Both the position numbers and the translations under genes were made by a program. Positions 30,197 to 39,144 of a DNA stretch of 64,000 bases are shown one piece after another. Within the stretch, counting starts at the first letter, position 1. Each line of letters starts with the position of its first letter. Source of the stretch: Pontiella sp. Its GTDB lineage: Bacteria > Verrucomicrobiota > Kiritimatiellia > Kiritimatiellales > Pontiellaceae. The stretch covers positions 1-64,000 of the forward strand of contig JBNKHE010000011.1 in assembly GCA_050290185.1 (NCBI GenBank), in the 5' to 3' direction. The notes under the pieces are model-generated. The model ran no database searches, was not told the origin of the DNA, and saw nothing but the letters and a program-made list of their open reading frames with translations.

Positions 30197-30532
30197 ATGC
30201 CCATGCTGAATCTAAAATGTTCGAGCGATGTATCGGAGGATCTCCTTGCGCAACTCTCCATCGCAGTGGCCGAAACCATTGGAAAACCGGAAAAATATGT
30301 GATGGTGGTGGCTGAAAGGGGCTCTGTCATGATGTCCGGCGAAGCCGGGGATGCGGCCTATGCCGAGGTAAAAAGCATCGGCGGGATCGACCGCACGGTG
30401 AACCATGAACTGACCATGAAGATTTGTGATCTGCTCAACGGGTATCTCGGGATTCCGGCCGACCGCGTCTACGTCACTTTCGAATCGGTGCCTGCCGACC
30501 ATTGGGGCTGGAATAAATCTACGTTTGGGTGA
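30197..30532 (+). CDS. MIF/phenylpyruvate tautomerase family protein
   Basis: N-terminal Pro; IGKPEKYVMV, VKSIG, RVYVTF...WGWNKSTFG. Confidence 0.93.
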   Translation: MPMLNLKCSSDVSEDLLAQLSIAVAETIGKPEKYVMVVAERGSVMMSGEAGDAAYAEVKSIGGIDRTVNHELTMKICDLLNGYLGIPADRVYVTFESVPADHWGWNKSTFG

Positions 30533-31091
30533 ATGCCGCCCGATGCAGTACGGTGTATTCCGCGCCATGCGGTGTGAGCACGCTTTGAATCAACTCCATG
30601 CAATCGATGCGGGTGGTGCCCAGCGGCCGTGTCTGGTAGTTCCCGATCTTCTCCAGTAGCGGGCCGGTGTGTTGATCGATTCCCTTGATGCGACCGAGGG
30701 TCAGGTGGGGTGAAAATGGCTTGTCGTCGAATTGGATTCCGGCATCGTTCAGTCTCTGTACGATCCGCGCCTGTTGTTCCATGAGTGGCGGACAATCGGC
30801 CACGCCTGCCCATACAACGCGCGGATGTCTTTGACTTCCGAAGTACCCCGTGCCGCCGATCTCGAGATCAAACGCAGGCCGGTCGTGGCAGGCCTGATCG
30901 AGGATGTGCTTGATCGGCTCGATCTGTTCCGCCGGAGTGTCGCCGAGAAAGACGAGAGTGAGGTGCATACTGCGCGGCTTGACCCAGCGCACATTGGCGT
31001 GAACTTTCTTCAGCTTGCGCTGCAGTTCGTCCAGCTTTTCGCGGATCTCGGCTCCGATATCAGCCGCAATGAATGCCCGCATGGTTTCCAT
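30519..31091 (-). CDS. thpR: RNA 2',3'-cyclic phosphodiesterase (2H family)
   Basis: MRAFIA, HLTLVFLG, PRVVWAG, FSPHLTLGR. Confidence 0.95.
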   Translation of the reverse strand: METMRAFIAADIGAEIREKLDELQRKLKKVHANVRWVKPRSMHLTLVFLGDTPAEQIEPIKHILDQACHDRPAFDLEIGGTGYFGSQRHPRVVWAGVADCPPLMEQQARIVQRLNDAGIQFDDKPFSPHLTLGRIKGIDQHTGPLLEKIGNYQTRPLGTTRIDCMELIQSVLTPHGAEYTVLHRAAFTQT

Positions 31092-31130
31092 TTGAAAAGG
31101 CTCCCTTCGAGGAGCACAATCATAGGCCTG

Positions 31131-31637
31131 ATGGTCGAGATAATCCAAGGTGATATTACGAAGCTGGAAGTGGACGCGATCGTTAATGCGGCCAACCGGA
31201 CCCTGCTGGGGGGAGGCGGCGTGGACGGTGCGATCCACCGGGCGGCCGGACCGAAGCTGCTGGCCGAATGCGCGCTGCTTGGGGGCTGTGCCGCGGGGGA
31301 TGCAAAAATCACGAAAGGCTACAACCTGCCTGCAAAACACATCATCCACTGTGTTGGGCCGGTTTGGCATGGCGGTGGCAAAAACGAGGACGAGCTGCTG
31401 GCCTCCTGCTACCGCACCGCGATGCGCCTCGCGAACGAGCTCGGACTCGAGTCGATTGCGTTTCCATGCATCAGCACCGGTATCTACGGGTTCCCGTTCG
31501 AGCGTGCCTGCCGTATCGCCCTGCGCGAGATTTTCGCGGCGCAGGATGCCGGATCGCCGGTGCAGCTGGTGTATTGCGTCTGTTTTTCGGAGAGCGACTT
31601 CAATATCTACTGCGCAATTCGGAGTGAAATGGGATGA
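31131..31637 (+). CDS. Macro-domain O-acetyl-ADP-ribose deacetylase (YmdB-like)
   Basis: GDITKL..DAIVNAAN..LLGGGGVDGAIH..AAG, AFPCISTGIYG. Confidence 0.95.
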   Translation: MVEIIQGDITKLEVDAIVNAANRTLLGGGGVDGAIHRAAGPKLLAECALLGGCAAGDAKITKGYNLPAKHIIHCVGPVWHGGGKNEDELLASCYRTAMRLANELGLESIAFPCISTGIYGFPFERACRIALREIFAAQDAGSPVQLVYCVCFSESDFNIYCAIRSEMG

Positions 31638-31650
31638 CTCGATGGTTTAG

Positions 31651-31667
31651 TTGGCGTAATACTTGCT
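31651..31667 (+). promoter_or_regulatory. sigma54-type promoter
   Basis: TTGGCGTAATACTTGCT (GG-N10-GC with canonical TTGC). It would give a near-leaderless transcript. Confidence 0.5.
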
Positions 31668-31682
31668 CGCATATTCATGCAC

Positions 31683-32759
31683 ATGAAGGGTTTATTAAGA
31701 AAAGCACGTGAGCTGGTTTGGCTGGAGGGGGATCCGGATAGGGATCAATCCACCGGCCTGATCGTATTCGGTACCCTGGAAATCATGCTGGGTATACTGG
31801 CTTTTTCCGTGGCCATGTGCCTGATTATACTGGTGTCGGCATCCGGTCTGGGGGGGATGAAGTCGGCCCATTTCTGGATGCTCATGGGAATGCTGTGCTA
31901 TCTGACCGGCTGGTTCATTGTGATGGGACTGGGCAGCATCAAGGCGGCGCGCTGGGCCCGGGTGCTGGTGCTGGTCGGGTCGTGGGTGACCATTTTCTTC
32001 GGCACGATGGCAATGGCGCTGCTGCTGTACATTCTTCCCGGTATATATGATCTACTGGCGGACTCCGGAGTTTTTTCGCCATCGACCACCATGACCATCC
32101 TCTCGGTATCCATCGTTCTTCTGTTCATTCTTCAGCTCATCCTGCCCATGGGAGCCATTGCTTTTTACAGCCTCAAAGGGGTGCAGACAACGTGCGAGCG
32201 ATTGAATCCCTCCCCGTGCTGGTCGGACCACTGCCCGCTTCCGCTGCTGGCCATGGGATTTATCGCTGTGCTTGGAAGTTTATCTATTTTCGTGGGGTCC
32301 TCCATAAACTATGTGGTCTTCCTTTTTGGAACAGTGCTGGCGGGGTGGCAGGGATTTCTGGTGGTACTGTTGCTTTCCGCGGTTTGCATCTATGTGGGAT
32401 GGGGGGCCTTGATGCGCCGGATGCATGCATGGTGGATGGCTTATGCCGTGATTGTGCTGACCTCGGCCTCCATGATGCTTTCCTTTTCCGAGGTGGATAT
32501 GAATACGGTCTACCGATCCATGGGTTATGCTGCCGGGCAGATTGCTCAGTTGGGCCAGCTCAGCCTGTTCAATCCCGCCGTACTGACCTTTGTCACCTGT
32601 GTCTGGGGTATCATGGCCAGCATCTATCTGGTGTGGGTGCGTGATTGTTTCATTCCGGAAAGAAGCCATGACGAGATTAAATCCTATCGCCAGCGCAAGG
32701 CCGAGGAGGATGCCGGGAAACCGCGGAAAACGTTCCGTCCCCGCATGCGGTTGGATTGA
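31683..32759 (+). CDS. Polytopic membrane protein, unknown function
   Basis: About 8 hydrophobic segments. ATG 31677 is an alternative start. Confidence 0.8.
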   Translation: MKGLLRKARELVWLEGDPDRDQSTGLIVFGTLEIMLGILAFSVAMCLIILVSASGLGGMKSAHFWMLMGMLCYLTGWFIVMGLGSIKAARWARVLVLVGSWVTIFFGTMAMALLLYILPGIYDLLADSGVFSPSTTMTILSVSIVLLFILQLILPMGAIAFYSLKGVQTTCERLNPSPCWSDHCPLPLLAMGFIAVLGSLSIFVGSSINYVVFLFGTVLAGWQGFLVVLLLSAVCIYVGWGALMRRMHAWWMAYAVIVLTSASMMLSFSEVDMNTVYRSMGYAAGQIAQLGQLSLFNPAVLTFVTCVWGIMASIYLVWVRDCFIPERSHDEIKSYRQRKAEEDAGKPRKTFRPRMRLD

Positions 32760-32887
32760 CCCTGTCCCTTCATCTTGGGCGTCGCCTTTGCTTCTTCGGG
32801 GGTGCCTTAGGGCACTTTAGCCTTTCATTTTCCTTGGTTTGATTGGATTATAACGGGGTTTTAGGCACTCGAAAAAAGGGATCATCT

Positions 32888-33820
32888 ATGGCAGGAAAAC
32901 ACAAGGGACTCGGACGGGGACTCGATGCATTGATCAAGGACGGATCGACCGCCAAGCAGCAGGCCACGAAAAAGACGGTGCCCGCGAAGGCACCGGCCAC
33001 GCCGCAAACCGGCGTGCGCGAGGTGGCAACGTCGGCTGTTGTGGCCAGTCCGTGGCAACCGCGCACCGTATTCGATTCCGCTTCGCTGACGGAACTGGTC
33101 GAGTCAATCAAGGTACATGGGATCCTGCAACCGCTGCTGGTGCGTGAGATGGGGTCCAAATATGAGCTGATCGCCGGCGAACGCCGCCTGCGCGCGGCCC
33201 AGGCGGCTCTGCGCAAGAAAGTGCCTGTGATTGTGATCGAGGCGTCCGACGAAAAGGCGCTGGAGATTGCCCTGATTGAAAACCTGCAGCGCGAAGACCT
33301 CAACCCCATCGAGGAAGCGGAGGGCTATGCGCTCCTGCAGAAAAAGTTCAACCTCACGCAGGAAAAGGTGGCCGAACAGGTCGGCAAAGCGCGCGCCTCC
33401 GTGGCCAATGCCCTTCGCCTGCTGGAGTTGGCCGATGGTATCCGCAGATATGTCGCCGAGGGCCTCCTTTCGGTGGGGCATGCCAAGGTGCTGCTGTCCG
33501 TCGACAGCGAGAAGGAGAAGGAACTGCTCGCCAAACGCTGCATCAAAGAGGGCCTGTCCGTACGGGCGCTGGAAACAATCGTGAAGAGGCTCGGGAGGCC
33601 GGCCAAGAAGCCGCGCGCCGAGAAAACAGACCTTCCCGGTGATTACCTCCAGAGCCTCACCGATGAACTACACCAGTTCTTCGGCACCAGCGTCCGGATC
33701 AGCCCGTCCAAGACCTTGACGAATGGCCGCAAGGTCAAGGGCTCACTGGAAATTGACTACCACGACAACGACGAACTCGATCGCCTGCTGACCATCATGG
33801 GCTATACGAGCGACCTTTAA
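32888..33820 (+). CDS. parB: Chromosome partitioning protein ParB
   Basis: GLGRGLDALI, QPR, GILQPLLVR, IAGERRLRA, ENLQREDLNPIEEA, HTH. Confidence 0.96.
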   Translation: MAGKHKGLGRGLDALIKDGSTAKQQATKKTVPAKAPATPQTGVREVATSAVVASPWQPRTVFDSASLTELVESIKVHGILQPLLVREMGSKYELIAGERRLRAAQAALRKKVPVIVIEASDEKALEIALIENLQREDLNPIEEAEGYALLQKKFNLTQEKVAEQVGKARASVANALRLLELADGIRRYVAEGLLSVGHAKVLLSVDSEKEKELLAKRCIKEGLSVRALETIVKRLGRPAKKPRAEKTDLPGDYLQSLTDELHQFFGTSVRISPSKTLTNGRKVKGSLEIDYHDNDELDRLLTIMGYTSDL

Positions 33821-33823
33821 ACC

Positions 33824-34942
33824 ATGACCGAACTCAACCAAGACCGCGACATGTTGGCGAAGGAATACGACGCCATCCACAACCGTCTTTTTTTGCTGCA
33901 GATCCTGGTGCTGGGCATTCTGCTGGCCGTCTACCAGTTCAGCGGTGCGTCGGCCGCGCTTGCGAACGGGCTGGCCAACCGGGTTGGTGAAAGCTATTGG
34001 TATGTCACCAACGCCGTCTATACGATGGTTTCGGTCTTCGGCTTTGCGGCCTGCATGTTCCCGTTTTCGTACTACAGCGGGCATATTCTGGAGCATCATT
34101 ACGGGCTCTCGAATGAAACCTTTGGCGACTGGTTTGCCGACTTTATAAAATCGCTGATGATTGATCTGGTTCTGGCGACCATCCTGTTCTCGGTGATCTA
34201 TGCGTTGCTTCGCTGGCTTCCCGATTTTTGGTGGGTTGCCGCCGCCGTTTTCTACATCCTTTTCGGCGTGGTGCTCTCGACGATTGCTCCGGTGGTGATT
34301 ATGCCCCTGTTCCACAAGTTTGAGCCGCTTCAGGAGGGGGAGCTGACCGATGCCGTCCGGAAGATGATGGAGGAGGCCGGTATCAAGGTGGTCGGTGTGT
34401 TCAAGTGGGGACTGGAGGAAAAGACCACAACAGCGAATGCCGCTTTCACCGGAATCGGCCGCACAAAACGAATCGTTCTCGGCGATACACTGCTGACCGG
34501 CTACACACAGGAGGAAATCCTGGCGATTCTGGCGCACGAAGTGGGGCACTACAAGAACCACGATATCCTGCGCCTGTCCATTATCCAGTCGCTCTTTGCC
34601 CTGATGGGGTTCTTCATTGCACACTACTGTCTGGCCGGACTGGTGGCCTTCTATGGTCTTTCCGGGGTCGACAATATTGCCGCTGCTCCGGTGTTCATTT
34701 TCAGCATATTTGTTTTCTCCCTGGTTTCCATGCCGTTTGCCAACATGCACTCGCGCCGGCGCGAATTCGCCGCAGATGCCCATGCCATCTCAACGCTGGG
34801 CTCGCCGGATGCCTTGGTTTCGGCCTTTGAAAAACTGGCCGATCAAAACCTATCCAACAAGGAGCCGGCCGCATGGGTGGAGTTCCTGCTGCACAGCCAT
34901 CCATCCATTTCCCGGCGCATTGAACGCGCCCGGCAACAGTAG
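33824..34942 (+). CDS. M48/Ste24-like membrane metalloprotease
   Basis: ANAAFTG, LAHEVGH, SRRREFAAD, HSHPS. Confidence 0.94.
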   Translation: MTELNQDRDMLAKEYDAIHNRLFLLQILVLGILLAVYQFSGASAALANGLANRVGESYWYVTNAVYTMVSVFGFAACMFPFSYYSGHILEHHYGLSNETFGDWFADFIKSLMIDLVLATILFSVIYALLRWLPDFWWVAAAVFYILFGVVLSTIAPVVIMPLFHKFEPLQEGELTDAVRKMMEEAGIKVVGVFKWGLEEKTTTANAAFTGIGRTKRIVLGDTLLTGYTQEEILAILAHEVGHYKNHDILRLSIIQSLFALMGFFIAHYCLAGLVAFYGLSGVDNIAAAPVFIFSIFVFSLVSMPFANMHSRRREFAADAHAISTLGSPDALVSAFEKLADQNLSNKEPAAWVEFLLHSHPSISRRIERARQQ

Positions 34943-34964
34943 GCGGCGCCAGGGAGGCGCTTCG

Positions 34965-36566
34965 ATGGACGATCGGTTCCATAACGATGAAATCGAAACG
35001 GGCGGGCGAAGCTTTTTCTCGCGTGAGGCGGTTAGCGGCGTTCCGTGGATGGTGATTTCCAAGCTGGTGCTCTTCGTCGTTTACTTCGGCGTCAGCATTT
35101 TAACGGTCAATGGGCTGGGCAAGGAAAAGTTCGGGATCTACAGCCTGATGATCAACATCGCCTCCTATATGCTGGTGGTATGCGGTTTGGGATTGTGCAC
35201 AGCTCTTATGCGCTATATTCCCGAGCTGGCGGCAAAAAGGAACCGGTGGGCACTGGTGCAGCTCCTGTGGAAATCAGCCTCGCTCCAGCTGGTTGCGGTG
35301 CTGCTGGTTTCCAGTCTGCTGGTGGGGTTGACGAATCCTTTACAACGGCTTTTCAATGCAGAGCATATCGAGCATTTCGGTTTCTACCTCAAGCTGGCCT
35401 GCGGACTCACGGCGTTATGGCTGGTCAAGGATTTCGTAGGGACGGTGTTCACCTCCATTTTTAAAGCCCGCACCGTGGCCGTTCTATCCGTCTCGCAGGG
35501 GCTCATCTGGTTTACGGTACTGTTGATCGCGCTCGATATCCGCCCCGCGGTCGGCACGGTTTTCTTTGTCCAGATGTTTTCGGTGGCGGCCGTTTATCTG
35601 CTCGGGGCCGCATTGCTGTTTCGTCAGGTCATCGGGCTGCCTTGGGAAACCCGGGAGTTTGGCATTGGGAGACGCCGCACGCTCACGTTTTCCGGCGTGG
35701 TCATGCTCAATTCCATCCTGCGGATGGTCATGTTCAAATATTCCGAAGTGTTTTTCATCGCCGCGGTGGGGGGGACGACGCTGGCCGGCATGTACGACCT
35801 CGGCTATACCTTGCCCTATACGGCGGTGACCTTTATCCCGCTGGCCTTGATGCCCCTTTTTACTTCCGCTTTTGCCGAGACCTATGTGCGCGACCACGAA
35901 AGTCTGGAACTGCTGATCTCGTCCTACTATAAGCTGCTGATGATGGTCTCGCTACCGATGGCGGTGCTGGGGGCCTATTTCGCGCCCGAGGCTTACCGGA
36001 TCCTTTACCATGGCGAAATGGATCAGGCCGGCCGGCTGGCCTCCGCGTTCTGCCTGGTTCTATGCCTGCCCTTGTTTTCCATGCCGCTGTCCGCGGCGAT
36101 CAAGGCCAAGGAAAAAATGCTCAACATGGTGCCGATGCTTTTGCTTCAGATTGTCGTGAACCTGCTGCTGGACTGGCTGTTGATCGTGCACCTTCGGCTG
36201 GGTGCATGGGGGGGCATCGGGGCCGTGCTGGGAACCTTTGTGCTTACGATTCCGGTGCGCATACGGTATGTGGGCTCGATTATCGGTGGAGTGCACTTCC
36301 CTGTGCGTTTCTTCCTGCGCGTTATGGCCACGCTATTGATTGAGGGCGGCCTCCTGCTTTTGGTCGTCCGGAAGATTCACCTGTTCAGCCGGTTCGAGAG
36401 CCATCCCGTAAACATTATTTTGCTGATGCTGGTGGGGGTCATCTATGCGGCGCTGTTTCTGGTTCTTGTCCGCCTGCACCGGGTGGTGCGCCAGGAAGAT
36501 ATCGAGGATTTTCACAACCTGGGGATCGAGCGCCTCAACAAGGTGCTGCGCTTTATGGTGCGGTAG
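34965..36566 (+). CDS. Oligosaccharide flippase (Wzx/MOP family)
   Basis: LGKEKFGIYSL...ALMRYIPE; >12 TMs; GGAGG RBS before ATG 34965. Confidence 0.85.
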   Translation: MDDRFHNDEIETGGRSFFSREAVSGVPWMVISKLVLFVVYFGVSILTVNGLGKEKFGIYSLMINIASYMLVVCGLGLCTALMRYIPELAAKRNRWALVQLLWKSASLQLVAVLLVSSLLVGLTNPLQRLFNAEHIEHFGFYLKLACGLTALWLVKDFVGTVFTSIFKARTVAVLSVSQGLIWFTVLLIALDIRPAVGTVFFVQMFSVAAVYLLGAALLFRQVIGLPWETREFGIGRRRTLTFSGVVMLNSILRMVMFKYSEVFFIAAVGGTTLAGMYDLGYTLPYTAVTFIPLALMPLFTSAFAETYVRDHESLELLISSYYKLLMMVSLPMAVLGAYFAPEAYRILYHGEMDQAGRLASAFCLVLCLPLFSMPLSAAIKAKEKMLNMVPMLLLQIVVNLLLDWLLIVHLRLGAWGGIGAVLGTFVLTIPVRIRYVGSIIGGVHFPVRFFLRVMATLLIEGGLLLLVVRKIHLFSRFESHPVNIILLMLVGVIYAALFLVLVRLHRVVRQEDIEDFHNLGIERLNKVLRFMVR

Positions 36567-36653
36567 GGATTGCTGCGGGGTTCCGTCGTCTGCAACCCGG
36601 GCTTCGCGCATGTTCTGTTTAATGTGACGGAAAGTTCGGTTGAAGGCGGGCAG

Positions 36654-36701
36654 GGACGGCTGTCCTCAGCCGTCCGCGGCGCTCCGGCCCTGGAGGGCCG
36701 G
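36654..36701. repeat. Tandem REP-like hairpins between convergent genes
   Basis: GGACGGCTG-TCCT-CAGCCGTCC and CCGGCCCT-GG-AGGGCCGG. Confidence 0.65.
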
Positions 36702-36711
36702 TCCAGATACG

Positions 36712-36951
36712 CTAGTCAGCATCAACTTCACTGAAGCCTTGAACCATTTTCAAGATATCTTGTTTGGCCTGCTCATATTCGGTGTCGTTGATGATTCTCT
36801 TCTCATGGGCTTCCTGAAGATCGATCAGCTCCTGTCCCACACTGATGTTGCGGACCGTTTTCATCTCAACCCGGTTGAATGCTGCTCCGGCGCAACCGGA
36901 CAACAGAGCGACGATAGCGACCACCGAGCCATGCAATAGCGCTTTTTTCAT
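36712..36951 (-). CDS. Small lipoprotein with SHOCT-like C-terminus
   Basis: Lipobox LSGC; VGQELIDLQEAHEKRIINDTEYEQAKQDIL. Confidence 0.85.
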   Translation of the reverse strand: MKKALLHGSVVAIVALLSGCAGAAFNRVEMKTVRNISVGQELIDLQEAHEKRIINDTEYEQAKQDILKMVQGFSEVDAD

Positions 36952-36976
36952 ATGGATTCTCCGTTTCATGTAGTTC

Positions 36977-37714
36977 CTACAACCCCAGCTCCGCATAGAA
37001 GTCCGTAATGGTTTTCCATGCCTCCTCGGCCTTGTCGCAGAATGTAATCAGATCCAGATCCTTCGGGCTGATGAGTCCGCATTCGGCGAGATAGTCCCAG
37101 TCGACCATTCGCTTCCAATGCTCCGTGCCGAACAGGATGACGGGCATCGCTTCAATCTTGCCCGTCTGAATCAGGGTCAGCGCCTCGAACAGCTCGTCGA
37201 ACGTGCCGAAACCGCCGGGGAAGATACAGACCGCTTTGGCCCGCAGCAGGAAGTGCATCTTGCGCATATGGAAATAGCGGAAATCAAAGTTGAGTTCCGG
37301 GGTCACGTAAGGATTGGCTTCCTGTTCGTGCGGCAGGGTAATGTTGAGAGAGATTGATTTGCAATCCGCTTCATGGGCTCCGCGATTGCCTGCCTCCATG
37401 ATGCCGCCTCCGCCGCCGGTGACGATGACGTATTCGCACTCGTGGTTCGTCTGGCAGGTGGTGCTGACGATTTGTGCGAGCTTGCGGGCTTCTTCGTAGT
37501 AGGGGGCAAGACTGGCCAGCTTTTCGTTTCGGCATTCTTTCGCGGTTTCCGGCGAAGGGATGCGTGCGCTGCCGAACAGGACGATGGTCGACTTGATGCC
37601 CTGTTCCTCCATCGTTACCTCCGGGTGGAGATATTCGAGCTGAAGCCGGATGGGGCGGCAGTAGGAGCTGTTGAGGAAGGGAATGTTCTCGTAGGCTTTG
37701 GGTGGTTTGATCAT
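36977..37714 (-). CDS. LOG family (Rossmann-fold nucleotide monophosphate nucleosidase)
   Basis: LFGSAR, TGGGGGIMEA, FHMRK, FPGGFGTFDELFE. Confidence 0.94.
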   Translation of the reverse strand: MIKPPKAYENIPFLNSSYCRPIRLQLEYLHPEVTMEEQGIKSTIVLFGSARIPSPETAKECRNEKLASLAPYYEEARKLAQIVSTTCQTNHECEYVIVTGGGGGIMEAGNRGAHEADCKSISLNITLPHEQEANPYVTPELNFDFRYFHMRKMHFLLRAKAVCIFPGGFGTFDELFEALTLIQTGKIEAMPVILFGTEHWKRMVDWDYLAECGLISPKDLDLITFCDKAEEAWKTITDFYAELGL

Positions 37715-37787
37715 ATGTTTTCTCCTTGGTCGCAGGATCGCCAAGATGATGGCGATACGTTGCGCCGGCTTCCGGCCGGCCTTGGGG

Positions 37788-38351
37788 TTAAGTGGTGAAT
37801 GCGCCTTGAACGACAGGCGCTTCGCGGATGGCGGGGTCGACATTGAAAAAGTCGTTGGCTTCGAAGTTGAACATGGCGGCTATCATGCTGCTGGGGAAGC
37901 TTTCGCATTTATTGCGCATGTCACGCACGTTGCCATTGTAGAAACGGCGGGCGGCCTGGATGCGGTCTTCCGTATTGACCAGCTCGTGCTGCAGTTCCAG
38001 AAAGTTCTTGCTGGCCTTCAGGTCGGGATAGGCTTCGGCCACGGCCAGCAGTTTTTGAACGGCGCCGACCAGTTGCCGTTCCGTGCCCTCCTGATGCCCG
38101 ACGCTGCCGTGGTCGGCCGCGCACTGGTTGCGCAGTTCGATCACCTGTTCGAGGGTTTCCCGTTCATGTTTTGCATATCCCTTTACGGTTTCCACCAGAT
38201 TCGGAATCAGGTCGTAGCGGCGCTTCAATTCCGTATCGATGTTGCTCCACGCCTCGGCGATGTGGTTGCGCAGCGCCACCAGCGTGTTGTAGGTCGCAAT
38301 CACGTAGATCAGCGGTACAAGCAAGGCGGCGATGCAAATTATAAGTCCCAT
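37788..38351 (-). CDS. lemA: LemA family protein
   Basis: YNTLV..RN..AWSNID..LKRRYDLIPNLV, EAYPDLKAS, EDRIQAARRFYN. Confidence 0.96.
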   Translation of the reverse strand: MGLIICIAALLVPLIYVIATYNTLVALRNHIAEAWSNIDTELKRRYDLIPNLVETVKGYAKHERETLEQVIELRNQCAADHGSVGHQEGTERQLVGAVQKLLAVAEAYPDLKASKNFLELQHELVNTEDRIQAARRFYNGNVRDMRNKCESFPSSMIAAMFNFEANDFFNVDPAIREAPVVQGAFTT

Positions 38352-38396
38352 GGCTGATCCTTTATACGTCAAATCCGACCGATTCGTCAGATCAAA

Positions 38397-39059
38397 TTAA
38401 CTATCAAACAGGTAGTCGGGCATCAGTGAGCGGATCTCGACCAGCTGGCGCAGACGCGGCTCGATTTCCTCAACCTTCAGGCAACGGTTGAAGGCCAGCG
38501 CCAGCGAATTCGAATCCACCTCCAGCTCGATTTCCTGCGCCCCGAGCAGGTAGTCGATCATCTGCGCATTGCAGAAGTCGTAGGCAAACTTCTTGTCCTT
38601 GGACCGGACCACGAACCGTCGCGAGAATTCATGCGATTCAAAATCAATGTCATCGAAGCCCACCGCCTGGGCAATCTTGGAGAAAAAACCTTCCTTCGCA
38701 ATGGTCAGCTCGGGAAACGATTTTTCCAGATTCAATATGAAGAATGAAAAATGGTGATGATGCGTCTGCCGGTTCCCCTTGGAGTCGGTGGAGTGGGTTT
38801 CGTAGTGATAGTCGAAAACCGCGATGTCGTGGTTTTGGAATTGGCCGGCCATGATGTTGTAAGCGTAGCGGTTATCGCCCTGTCGCAGTTTGTCGAGAAA
38901 GGCAAACTGTTTGGCCATGCCATAGTTTCGCTCCGCGTTAAACTGCAGACCCAGCCGTGCGGCCAGCTCGCCCATTTCGCTGCGCCGTTTCTTGCCGGCA
39001 TTAAGACCCCAGATTAACGCCCCGATCATGCAAACCACGGCAATGATGACTCCGCCCAT
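38397..39059 (-). CDS. Membrane-anchored hypothetical protein (LemA-associated)
   Basis: N-terminal TM; DIDFESHEFSRRFVVRS; co-oriented upstream of lemA. Confidence 0.8.
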   Translation of the reverse strand: MGGVIIAVVCMIGALIWGLNAGKKRRSEMGELAARLGLQFNAERNYGMAKQFAFLDKLRQGDNRYAYNIMAGQFQNHDIAVFDYHYETHSTDSKGNRQTHHHHFSFFILNLEKSFPELTIAKEGFFSKIAQAVGFDDIDFESHEFSRRFVVRSKDKKFAYDFCNAQMIDYLLGAQEIELEVDSNSLALAFNRCLKVEEIEPRLRQLVEIRSLMPDYLFDS

Positions 39060-39144
39060 ACAAACCTCCTTATAAACTAAATACAGTTAAGCGAATTCGT
39101 CAACGATTGCCGATTATAAATTCAGGGGTTTGGTATAGCGTATG

